From Bacillota bacterium (GTDB lineage: Bacteria > Bacillota > Sulfobacillia > UBA995 > UBA9673): a stretch of 63,937 nt of DNA. Of this stretch, positions 25,158 through 33,755 are shown piece by piece (position 1 is the stretch's first letter; each line of letters opens with the position of its first letter). Where the stretch lies: the NCBI GenBank assembly GCA_003599345.1, contig QZJP01000069.1, positions 1 through 63,937 of the forward strand, in the 5' to 3' direction. Under the pieces are notes generated by a model, which saw only the letters and a program-made list of their open reading frames with translations, was not told the origin of the DNA and did no database searches. Made by a program: the position numbers and the translations under genes.

Positions 25158-26245
25158 AGCTCGAACTCCCCCTTATCGAGGCTGTCGAGGAAGAGGTTTG
25201 TCAGACGTATCGTCGCCGCCACATCCCCCAGGTCGGCCAGGGACGCCGCGCTGTGGATGTAGCGGCACGGCACGGACACGGAGCAGACGGGCACACCCTC
25301 GCGCTGTAGGAACATGCCTCCCGAATCGGTGCCGGCGGTTGTCAGCCTCCGGTACTGGTAGGGCACGTCGTGTCTTGAGGCGAGCGAGGCGAGCTGCTCC
25401 CGTATCCTCGAATCCATGACCACCGTTCCGTCCATCACGCTGATGGCCGGGCCTTCACTGAGGTCGGTGCAGGTCAGGGAGGGGTCGACTCCGGGGACGT
25501 TCGCGCTCGACGTCCCGTCGATGGCCAGCGCCAGCCGGGGGGCCACATGGTAGGCGGCCACCCGGGCCCCGCGGAGGCCGACTTCCTCCTGGACGGTAAA
25601 GACCCCGAAGAGTGTCAGCCCGTCGCGCTCGGGGCCGAGGAGGACCTCGGCGACCACCGCGCACCCGACCCTGTCGTCGAGGGCCTTGCCCTTGACCCTT
25701 CCGTTCGACAGGCGCTCGAAGCGAGTGGAGAAGAAGACGGGCGTGCCCGGGGGGGCGACCGCGACCGCCTCCTCCTTGTTCCCGGCGCCGATGTCTATCA
25801 GGAGCTCGCGGGACGGCGGCACCTTCTCGCGGTCGTCAGCGTCGAGGAGGTGCACGGCCCCAAGGCCGATGACCCCGGGCATTTTCGCGAGGCCCACGAG
25901 CACCGGGCGGCCCGGTAGGACTCGCGGGTCGAGGCCGCCGCTCTCCTTGAACCTCAGAAGACCCGAGTCCTCGTGCCCGGCGACCACCAGGCCGACCTCG
26001 TCCATGTGGGCGGCGAGCATCACCCTCACGGGCCCGTTGCCCCTCCGGCAGACGAGGTTCCCGATGGTGTCGGTATACACCTCGCAGCAGTGGGGCTCTA
26101 AGGCCTCCCTGAGGAGCTCCCTCACCTCTCCCTCTCCTCCGGCTATCCCACAGGCGTTGGAGAGGCGTTCCAGAAGCTCCCCGACCCGGTCCTCTAAAGT
26201 GCCGGGGGCCGGTTCCAGCACGACAACTCCTCCACGAAGGCCCAC
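25154..26245 (-). CDS. M42-family peptidase, copy 2
   Basis: 363 aa. Motifs seen: DTIGNLVC, LAAHMDEVGLVV, KALDDRVGCAVVAE, FTVQEEVGLRGA and CRYIHSAAS. Confidence 0.88.
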   Translation of the reverse strand: MGLRGGVVVLEPAPGTLEDRVGELLERLSNACGIAGGEGEVRELLREALEPHCCEVYTDTIGNLVCRRGNGPVRVMLAAHMDEVGLVVAGHEDSGLLRFKESGGLDPRVLPGRPVLVGLAKMPGVIGLGAVHLLDADDREKVPPSRELLIDIGAGNKEEAVAVAPPGTPVFFSTRFERLSNGRVKGKALDDRVGCAVVAEVLLGPERDGLTLFGVFTVQEEVGLRGARVAAYHVAPRLALAIDGTSSANVPGVDPSLTCTDLSEGPAISVMDGTVVMDSRIREQLASLASRHDVPYQYRRLTTAGTDSGGMFLQREGVPVCSVSVPCRYIHSAASLADLGDVAATIRLTNLFLDSLDKGEFEL

Positions 26246-27267
26246 GTGACCCGGCTCACGGCCACGGCCAGAAGATGACCCGCGTTCTTGACGTCGTCCA
26301 GGCTCGCCGTCTCAACGGGGGTGTGCATGTAGCGTACGGGAATCGACACGATGCCGGTCGGGATGCCGCCGCGGGCCGTCTGCATCACCCAGGCGTCAGT
26401 GCCGGTATGGCCGGGCATGACCTCGAGGGCGTAGGCGATTCCCGCGTCGGTGGCAGCCTCGCGTAAGAGCCGGACCACCTCGGGGTGGCAGTTCGGCCCG
26501 ACCCCCACCGTGGGCCCGCCTCCCAGGGGGTAGGTGCTGGTGGGGTCCTGGCCCGGGGACCTGCCGAAGGTCGCGTCGACGGCGATGGCCACGCCCGGAC
26601 GCTGCGCGAAGGCCGCCGTGACCGCTCCCGGACATCCGCCGGCCTCCTCGCCGACAGTGCCCACGGCGACGAGGTCCGCCTCGTGCCCGACATCCCGTAG
26701 GCGCTCCAGGGCCAGCCCGATGGCCGCCAACCCGGCGGCGTCGTCCAGGTACCGGCCGGAGACCCACCCGTTCCTGAGCGCGACCACGTCCCCGCGGTAG
26801 AGCACGGGGTCGCCCACGGCCACGAGGTCGCGGGCGGACTCCCCGAGCCCCAGGTCCACGTGGAGTTCGGCTATCTTCGGGACGTTCTTCCTGTCCTCGG
26901 GCGTTGTCAGGTGCGGTGGCTTGGACCCTATGACTCCGGTGAGGCGGCGCCTCGCGACGATCTCCACTTCCTGCCCCAGGAGAAGGCGGCGGTCCACCCT
27001 GCCCACCCCCGAAAGACGCAGGAACCCGCCGTCCTCGATGGCGGACACCACAAAGCCGACACAGTCCATGTGGGCGGCGACCATGACCCTGGCCCGAGGT
27101 TCACGGCCGCTGCCTCGGGCGACGCCGACGAAGTTGCCCAGGGTGTCCACGCGGCTTTCGTCGAGCCACGGTCCCCAAAGCCGCCGGAGCAGGCGGGCCG
27201 TCCCCTCCTCGTGCCCGTGGACTGACGCCGCCCGCGAAAGCTCGGCCAGGGTCTCCGAAATCCCCAA
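26194..27267 (-). CDS. M42-family peptidase, copy 3 (TTG start at 27267 preferred over the long ORF to 27423)
   Basis: Motifs seen: DTLGNFVG, VAAHMDCVGFVV, YLDDAAGLAAI, GTVGEEAGG and VRYMHTPVE. GGAGGTG lies 5 nt before the TTG that begins LGISETLAEL. Confidence 0.85.
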   Translation of the reverse strand: MGISETLAELSRAASVHGHEEGTARLLRRLWGPWLDESRVDTLGNFVGVARGSGREPRARVMVAAHMDCVGFVVSAIEDGGFLRLSGVGRVDRRLLLGQEVEIVARRRLTGVIGSKPPHLTTPEDRKNVPKIAELHVDLGLGESARDLVAVGDPVLYRGDVVALRNGWVSGRYLDDAAGLAAIGLALERLRDVGHEADLVAVGTVGEEAGGCPGAVTAAFAQRPGVAIAVDATFGRSPGQDPTSTYPLGGGPTVGVGPNCHPEVVRLLREAATDAGIAYALEVMPGHTGTDAWVMQTARGGIPTGIVSIPVRYMHTPVETASLDDVKNAGHLLAVAVSRVTWAFVEELSCWNRPPAL

Positions 27268-27412
27268 GGACCCACCTCCTCGTCGCGTCCCACGACCCGT
27301 TCTCACTGTTGACAGGCTTTCCTTCCGGCGAACGGGGAAGACGAGACATTCTGTGACAAGTGGACGTGCCGTGGCGCCATATATACAGGCGTAGCCGTTG
27401 GAGGTGGCCCTG

Positions 27413-27946
27413 ATGCCCCTCATTCTCTACCTAATCGGTGCGGCGTCGTTCCTCGCGGCCGGAGCCCTGCTGGCCTATTCGAGACACAGCGGCGACTGCG
27501 AGACGGTCCTCGAGGTCCACAAGTCCCATGACTTCAGGGTGGAGATTGTGGACGGGCACACCGCGGTGGCGAGTTGCGTGGTCCCGCTGGCGAACAAGTC
27601 GCAAGTGCGGGGCACCGTGGTCGACCTAAGATGCGAGGTCCGGTGCCCGAGAAGGGTCGAGACGGGCCTGACCTTGCGACCCTTCGCGGCAAGGCAGGGC
27701 GAGGCCCCGAGCGGCGAGGGCTGGCGGGCGACGGACCTTGCCGGGGGTCAGAGTGTGGACCTCGTCGTGGGGGTTGTGCTGATTTGCGGAGGGAGAGCGA
27801 CGGCCAGGCATTGGCCGCAGTACTTGGCCCGGCTCTCCGGGCTGCCGCTGCTTGTACGCGTCAAGGTAGTGGGCAGGCGGTCCATCGCCTGGCGCCTGTC
27901 GCAAGTCGCCTTTCCCTGGGAAGACCTCGCGCGGAAGGCGGCGTAG
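27413..27946 (+). CDS. Membrane-anchored hypothetical protein
   Basis: The ATG at 27413 is preceded by GGAGGTG. It has one N-terminal TM (PLILYLIGAASFLAAGALLAY) followed by a beta-rich domain. I recognised no family. Confidence 0.5.
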   Translation: MPLILYLIGAASFLAAGALLAYSRHSGDCETVLEVHKSHDFRVEIVDGHTAVASCVVPLANKSQVRGTVVDLRCEVRCPRRVETGLTLRPFAARQGEAPSGEGWRATDLAGGQSVDLVVGVVLICGGRATARHWPQYLARLSGLPLLVRVKVVGRRSIAWRLSQVAFPWEDLARKAA

Positions 27947-27950
27947 ACCT

Positions 27951-29576
27951 GTGGCGCCCCACGGGCCGGTGCCGGGGTCCCGTTCCTTCGTGCGGGGCGC
28001 GGCGCTCTTGGCCGGGGCCAGCCTCTTTGGCCGGCTGCTCGGGGGCCTGGCGCGGATACCTCTTACGCGGTTCCTCGGCGGCGAGGGCATGGGCCTATTC
28101 CAGATGGCCTATGTCATCTACGTCGCCGCCATCACCTTCGCTATATCGGGCCTCAACGTGGCCACGTCCCGGTTGGTCGCCGAGTGGCTGGCGCGGGGCA
28201 GCCCGCGCGAAGCGGCCAGGGTCTTCCGGTCGGCCCTCGTCCTGGGGCTGGTCACCGGCGTAGGGTTCTGGCTCGTCGTCGACCGGGGGGCTCTGTACCT
28301 GGCGACCGCGGTCCTCCGGGACGGCCGCGCGGCCGCTGTCCTCAGGTCGGTCGCCCCGGCCATCGTCCCCATCTCCCTCATCGCGGTCTTCAAGGGCTAC
28401 TTCCAGGGGTTTCAGGACATGGTTCCCTCCTCGAGCGCGCAGGCCTTGGAACAGGTTGTCAGGGTCGGGGCGATGATGTGGTTCGTGTTCGTCCTGCGAG
28501 ACCAGGGATTGGAGAGGGCCGTGAGCGGGGCGGTCCAGGGAACCGTCATCGGAGCGATGACGGCCCTCGCCTTCCTGGTCGCCCTCTACGCCCGCAGGCA
28601 GGCGCGACTCTCGGGGCAGGCCCGGGCGCGCCCCGCGGGGCGGCTCCGCCTCCCGCCCGGCCCGGGGGAGACGGCAGGAGCGGTTCTCGCGGTCGCCGTC
28701 CCGGTCACCGTGGGGGCGGCCGTCCTGCCCGTGATGGACGCCGTCCAGACCTTCCTGGTGCCCGGACGCCTTCAGGCGGCCGGGGTGGACCCGGGCGTGG
28801 TCACTCACCTCTACGGCCAGCTCCACGGCATGGCTTATCCGCTGGTCGGGCTGCCGGCCATAGTGGCCGCGGCCCTGGCCGCCGCGCTCGTCCCGGCCAT
28901 AGCCGACGCGGTGGAGCGGGGAGCCCGGGCGGAGGCGGAAGCCCGGATCTCGGCCTCTCTCCGCCTGACGGTCATCTTCAGCCTACCGGCCACCGCCGGG
29001 TTGGTCATCCTCGCCAGGCCGATAAACCAGATGCTGTTCGGGATACCGGAGGCCGGAGTCCCGCTCATCTACGTTTCGGGGGCCTGCCTCCTGATCTCCG
29101 TGCAGCAGACCACGACAGGGGTTCTTCAGGGACTGGGGTTTGTGAGGGTCCCGCTCTACGGCCTATTGGCCGGCCTCGGAGCCAACGCGGTCACGACCTA
29201 CTTCCTGGCCGCTATGCCGGCCCTCGGCATCAACGGGGCGGCTCTCGGCATTGTCGCGGGCTTCCTGGTCGCGTCGTCGGTGAACCTCGCGGCCGTTTTC
29301 GCCACGACCCGCATGAGGTTCGACGTTCCGGGCCTGGTGTTCCGGCCGGCAGTCGCGACTGCCGCCATGTCCGTGGCGACCGCGGTCATCTACCGCTGGC
29401 TCATGGGAGCCTGCGTGGGAAACGTGGCGGCGACCGTCCTGGCGGTGGTGTTCGGCGCCTCTAGCTATCTCATCAGCTTGGTCGCCGTCGGCGGGCTATC
29501 CTCGCGGGAGTTGAGGCTGATACCCGTGCTGGGCCCGAAGCTCGCCGGTCTGTTCCGTTGGGGCGGCCCCAGGTAG
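27951..29576 (+). CDS. MOP-superfamily flippase (SpoVB / MurJ / polysaccharide biosynthesis protein type)
   Basis: 541 aa with about 14 TMs. The N-terminal FVRGAALLAGASLFGRLLGGLARIPLTRFLGGEGMGLFQMAY is typical of SpoVB-like proteins. Confidence 0.82.
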   Translation: MAPHGPVPGSRSFVRGAALLAGASLFGRLLGGLARIPLTRFLGGEGMGLFQMAYVIYVAAITFAISGLNVATSRLVAEWLARGSPREAARVFRSALVLGLVTGVGFWLVVDRGALYLATAVLRDGRAAAVLRSVAPAIVPISLIAVFKGYFQGFQDMVPSSSAQALEQVVRVGAMMWFVFVLRDQGLERAVSGAVQGTVIGAMTALAFLVALYARRQARLSGQARARPAGRLRLPPGPGETAGAVLAVAVPVTVGAAVLPVMDAVQTFLVPGRLQAAGVDPGVVTHLYGQLHGMAYPLVGLPAIVAAALAAALVPAIADAVERGARAEAEARISASLRLTVIFSLPATAGLVILARPINQMLFGIPEAGVPLIYVSGACLLISVQQTTTGVLQGLGFVRVPLYGLLAGLGANAVTTYFLAAMPALGINGAALGIVAGFLVASSVNLAAVFATTRMRFDVPGLVFRPAVATAAMSVATAVIYRWLMGACVGNVAATVLAVVFGASSYLISLVAVGGLSSRELRLIPVLGPKLAGLFRWGGPR

Positions 29577-29658
29577 GCGGTTTCCGGCCCGGCGCCGCGG
29601 GACGTCCCACGGGCCCGAGCGCCGGCTGCCGCCGCCGGCGGATACCGGACGACCGCCT

Positions 29659-30093
29659 CTAGCCCCGCCTCGGGTCCTGGTCCTGCCTCTCGCGAAGCCT
29701 ATCGAGGTTCCTTTGGACGTCGCGGCGAGCCGGGCCCCAGAATCCCTGCTCGATCTCGGCCTGGGTGATGTGGTCGCTGACGTCCGCCGGACGGGCCATG
29801 ACAGTCTCGGCCTTGACCCATTTCTCATCCTTGTAGCCGCAGCCCGGGCACTTGAACCGGACGAGCCGGGCCGCCGGGATGGTGACTCCGCCGGCGACCC
29901 CCTTGTTCCGCCACTGGTCCGTCTCCTCGCGTTCGAGGATGGTCCGGCACTCGGGGCACCGGCGCGCCGTGCGCCTAGGGAGCCACACGCCGAAGACGTA
30001 GTAGAGGGCCAGCACGATGCCGATGAGCACGGTCGCCCGAAGAAGAACGACCGGCCACGAGGCGCGGGAGATCATCTCTGCCGCCAAGAGCAT
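29659..30093 (-). CDS. Membrane-anchored zinc-ribbon protein, unknown function
   Basis: 144 aa. One TM is followed by CPECRT...CPGCGY (two CxxC pairs). Confidence 0.5.
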   Translation of the reverse strand: MLLAAEMISRASWPVVLLRATVLIGIVLALYYVFGVWLPRRTARRCPECRTILEREETDQWRNKGVAGGVTIPAARLVRFKCPGCGYKDEKWVKAETVMARPADVSDHITQAEIEQGFWGPARRDVQRNLDRLRERQDQDPRRG

Positions 30094-30229
30094 GAGTCAG
30101 CCTCCTCACCGATGGCATCCGCTACCCGGAGGGTATTCGGGCCGGAGCGCGTTGTTCCCTGGGTAAGGGAGGAGCCCACCCGAGAGCCCGTCGAACTCCG
30201 CTCGCAATACGGCATGGGAGGGCTGACGG

Positions 30230-31531
30230 ATGATGGGTGCGGCCACGCGTGACGGGGATGCGGCCAGGCGTGACGCCGGGGCCACGGCGGGCGGCCGGCG
30301 CGGCCGGGACGGCGGGAGCGGCCGGGACGGTGGGGAGGTTTGGGCCTCTAGACTCGAGATAGGCCAAGGGGAGCTTGCGGCCAGGCAAGAACGCGTGCAG
30401 GCCCACCTCCGTGGGCAAGGGCTCTCGGGTATGGTGTTCTTCAGCTCAACGTCGGTGTTCTACCTTACCGGGTTCGCCTTCATCCCGACCGAGCGCCCTC
30501 TGGCGTTCATCCTGCCTGTCGAGGGGCGGAGCGTGCTCTTCGTCCCCAGGCTGGAGCGGGAACACGCCCGGGTCATGGGCGCTCTTGTCGACGATGTCGT
30601 GGACTATCCCGAGTACCCGGGCGAGACGCACCCGATGGAGCTCCTGGGTGTTCTTCTCCGGGAGCGGCGACTTGACGAGGGCATCGCGGCGGACGCGCCC
30701 GGCTACGGATCGCCGTGGGGCTACGCCGGGCCGAAACTCGAGGACGTCCAGGGCGTGCCGGCCCCTGTCGTGCTGCCGAAGCTCATCGAAGGCCATCGCA
30801 TGGTCAAGTCGCCGGCCGAAGTCGCCCTGATTCGCGAAAGCGCGAGGTGGGGCAATCTGGCCCACGCCCTCCTGCAGGACTACTCGGTTCCGGGGGCCCT
30901 GGAGACCGACGTGTCGGCCAGGGCGTCTCTGGAGGCGACGGCGTCGATGATGAAGACTCTCGGCCGGAGCTACGAGCCGCGCGGGGGAGAGGGGGCAGGG
31001 GCCGGGTTCAGGGGCCAGATAGGGCCCCATTCGGCGAATCCGCATTCCATAACGCGCAACGCCCGGCTCAGGCCGGGGAACGTCCTCGTGACCGGAGCCG
31101 GGGCCACCGTCTGGGGCTACAACAGCGAGCTCGAGCGGACCATGTTCGTCGGCCCCCCGAGCGCCGAACAGAAACGCTTCTTCGGGCACATGACGGCTCT
31201 GCAGGACATCGCCTTCGAGGCCATCCGGCCGGGACGGCCGTGCTCCGACGTGGATCGGGCCGTACGGGCCTACTTCGAGAAGCACGATCTCTGGCCTTAC
31301 TGGCGTCACCACGTCGGCCACGCCCTGGGTCTTCTCGGGCATGAGGCCCCGTTCTTCGATATCGGCGACCAGACGGTCATCGAGCCCGGGATGGTCTTCA
31401 GCGTGGAGCCGGGGCTCTACGTGGAGGGCCTCGGGGGCTTCCGCCATTCCGACACGGTTTTGGTCCGGGCCGACGACATCGAGCTTCTGACCTACTACCC
31501 CAGGGACCTCGAAAGCCTGATCTGCGGCTGA
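30230..31531 (+). CDS. M24-family Xaa-Pro peptidase (N-terminus uncertain; the true start may be tens of codons downstream)
   Basis: It shows a creatinase-like N-domain (MVFFSSTSVFYLTGF) and a pita-bread domain with metal ligands in NVLVTGAGATVWGYNSELERTM, HHVGHALGL, VFSVEPGLY and FRHSDTVLV. Confidence 0.88.
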   Translation: MMGAATRDGDAARRDAGATAGGRRGRDGGSGRDGGEVWASRLEIGQGELAARQERVQAHLRGQGLSGMVFFSSTSVFYLTGFAFIPTERPLAFILPVEGRSVLFVPRLEREHARVMGALVDDVVDYPEYPGETHPMELLGVLLRERRLDEGIAADAPGYGSPWGYAGPKLEDVQGVPAPVVLPKLIEGHRMVKSPAEVALIRESARWGNLAHALLQDYSVPGALETDVSARASLEATASMMKTLGRSYEPRGGEGAGAGFRGQIGPHSANPHSITRNARLRPGNVLVTGAGATVWGYNSELERTMFVGPPSAEQKRFFGHMTALQDIAFEAIRPGRPCSDVDRAVRAYFEKHDLWPYWRHHVGHALGLLGHEAPFFDIGDQTVIEPGMVFSVEPGLYVEGLGGFRHSDTVLVRADDIELLTYYPRDLESLICG

Positions 31532-31572
31532 GGGGATGGGGGAGTGAGGTTTCGGACGCGGGTGAAATCAGC

Positions 31573-31606
31573 GGCGCCGGCCGACTAGAATCTAGCGGCC
31601 GGCGCC
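31573..31606. terminator. Long GC hairpin/palindrome downstream of the M24 gene (terminator-like, no U tract)
   Basis: The sequence is GGCGCCGGCCG(A)CTAGA-A-TCTAGCGGCCGGCGCC, about 16 bp per arm with one bulge. Confidence 0.45.
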
Positions 31607-31677
31607 GTCACGTACGGCCGCCCGCGCCCGAACGGCTCGCCGGCCTGTTTCCGGCGAGCGGCGCCGGTACTCCCGCC

Positions 31678-33516
31678 ATGGGGGTGGACGGGATGAGGTT
31701 CGGCCGAGCGGAGGGTGCCCAAAGGCGGCCTGCCGGTCCCGCGGGCCTGGCGGCCGGCGTGCTCTGTCTTACGGTCCTCGGATACGGGCTCGGGTGCTAC
31801 TTCTATCTTCGCGGGCTACCCAGCGACCAGAACCCCGGACTGGTCACCCTGGCCGTCCCGGACGAGCTTATGGAGGAGGCCGGCCGGCTCGTTGAGAGCT
31901 ACGCGGCCCTCGCCGGCCGAGGGGTCGTGCTGGTAGAGGCCGGACGGGTCGACGGTCCCGCGGCTGACCCGGCCGCCCTCGTCGCCTCCGGGGCCGTGGA
32001 CTGCGCGCTGGTCCTGACGGGATTTCCGGAGCGCGCAGGCCCGGGGCGGCCCGAGGCCACACCGGCCGGGACCATTCCCGCTCCAGGCTCGGGCCCCCTC
32101 TACCGGGCCGTGCTGCTCTCAGTGCCTTTCCCGTCACCTCTCACCGGCCTGAGCCTAGCCGAAGCGGCGGGCTACGTCGCGACCGGTACCGGAGGTCCGA
32201 CCGACACCTCGGGTCAGCGAGGTTTCGGAACGAGCTCCTGGGTGACGGCCGTGGGTCTCAGGGGGCGCTCGCCCGACCGCCAGTTGCTGGCCGTAGACGG
32301 CGTCTACCCGACACTCGACTCGGTGGCCGACGGCAGCTACGCTCTGTCGGCCGAGGTTAGGCTCATCGTGCGGTCCGGTCCCAGGGGTCTTCTCGGCCTG
32401 CCCGGCAAGCTCGGGCCGGTAAGGAGGTGGCTCTGGCCCGACGAAGAGGGCACTCTCGCTCTGGCGGCCTGGTTCGGCGGCCCCGAATCTAGAGCCGCGT
32501 TCTACGGCCAGCCGTTCGAGGTCTCGCTTGCGGCCGCGGGTGACGTCATGCTTTCCCGGAACGTGGGGAAGGCCATCGACGAGAACGGGCTGGAGTGGCC
32601 CTTCGGCCTTGTCGGGGAGCGCCTGGGGGAGGCGGACGTCACCTACTGCAACCTGGAGTCGCCGCTGGGGACTTCGGGGGAACCCCTCCCCGGCAAGGGC
32701 ATATGGTTCAGGGCCAGTCCCAAGACCGTCACGTGTCTTACGGGCGCCGGCATCGACGTCGTCTCGCTGGCCAACAACCACATCTTGGACTACGATTCGC
32801 CCTGCCTGCTAGAGACCATTGACATCCTCGACTCCCACGGAATAGCGCACGCCGGGGCCGGGGAGGACATGGCCGCCGCCCGGGCGCCCGCCATCGTCGA
32901 AGTCCCTGTCAGAACCGGCCTGCTTGACCCGCGGGCCCCCGCCGGGGACGGCGTGTTCCGTGTCGCCTTCCTATCCTACACGGAGTTCGCCAAACCCGAC
33001 CTGTTCTGGGACGTCACCTACCGGCGCACCTTCCTGGCGGGAGAAGGGGTGCCCGGATGCGCTCCCCTGGACATGAGCATGGTGGCCGAGGACGTGCCGG
33101 CCGCCCTGGAGGTGGCCGACTTCGTCGTTGTCTGCTACCACTGGGGCATGGAGAACGAACCCTACCCGCTCCGGTACGACCCGAAGAACGACCTCGATTC
33201 CATAGCCCGCCGGACCATCGACCTCGGGGCCGGACTGGTCCTGGGGACGCACCCACACGCCGTCCAGGGCCTGGAGGTCTATCGCGGGGGAGTGATCGCC
33301 TACAGCCTGGGCAACTTCGTCATGGACCAGAAGCGCGACACCCAGAAGGAGGGGCTCGTGCTCGAGGTGCGGCTAGGGCCCACAGGCGTGCTCTCCGCCC
33401 GGTTGCTCCCGGTGTGGATCGACACGACCCGGCCTCGCTTCCTCGAGGGCGATGAGGCCAAGGGCCTCCTGGAGAAGGTCGAGGTCATCTCGAGGCCGTT
33501 CAGGGGCGGGCCGTAG
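31678..33516 (+). CDS. Membrane-anchored fusion: phosphate-binding-protein-like domain + CapA/PgsA-type metallophosphatase domain
   Basis: 612 aa. An N-terminal TM is followed by a PBP-like stretch (LAVDGVYPTLDSVADGSYALSAEVRLIV). Then come CapA motifs (AAAGDVMLSR, YCNLESPL, DVVSLANNHILDY, CYHWGMEN, GTHPHAVQG, YSLGNFV). Confidence 0.8.
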   Translation: MGVDGMRFGRAEGAQRRPAGPAGLAAGVLCLTVLGYGLGCYFYLRGLPSDQNPGLVTLAVPDELMEEAGRLVESYAALAGRGVVLVEAGRVDGPAADPAALVASGAVDCALVLTGFPERAGPGRPEATPAGTIPAPGSGPLYRAVLLSVPFPSPLTGLSLAEAAGYVATGTGGPTDTSGQRGFGTSSWVTAVGLRGRSPDRQLLAVDGVYPTLDSVADGSYALSAEVRLIVRSGPRGLLGLPGKLGPVRRWLWPDEEGTLALAAWFGGPESRAAFYGQPFEVSLAAAGDVMLSRNVGKAIDENGLEWPFGLVGERLGEADVTYCNLESPLGTSGEPLPGKGIWFRASPKTVTCLTGAGIDVVSLANNHILDYDSPCLLETIDILDSHGIAHAGAGEDMAAARAPAIVEVPVRTGLLDPRAPAGDGVFRVAFLSYTEFAKPDLFWDVTYRRTFLAGEGVPGCAPLDMSMVAEDVPAALEVADFVVVCYHWGMENEPYPLRYDPKNDLDSIARRTIDLGAGLVLGTHPHAVQGLEVYRGGVIAYSLGNFVMDQKRDTQKEGLVLEVRLGPTGVLSARLLPVWIDTTRPRFLEGDEAKGLLEKVEVISRPFRGGP

Positions 33517-33755
33517 GGCCCAAGCCGGGCCGACCCGCCGCGAGAAGGTGGGTGCCCCGGGCGAGCATGGCCCGGACGAAGGCCCCGTGGACCCGGTGGT
33601 CAGAGGACGCCACGTCGGCGGCGTTTCTGACCGGGCCGCCCGTGAACGCCGACCCTTCTCGACCAAGACGCGACCACGAGCGTTCTTACCACAATTAGGC
33701 AGGACGTGGCCTTCGCCGGTCGAACTCTGACCCGGGTCGCGACAGGCCCTATGAC

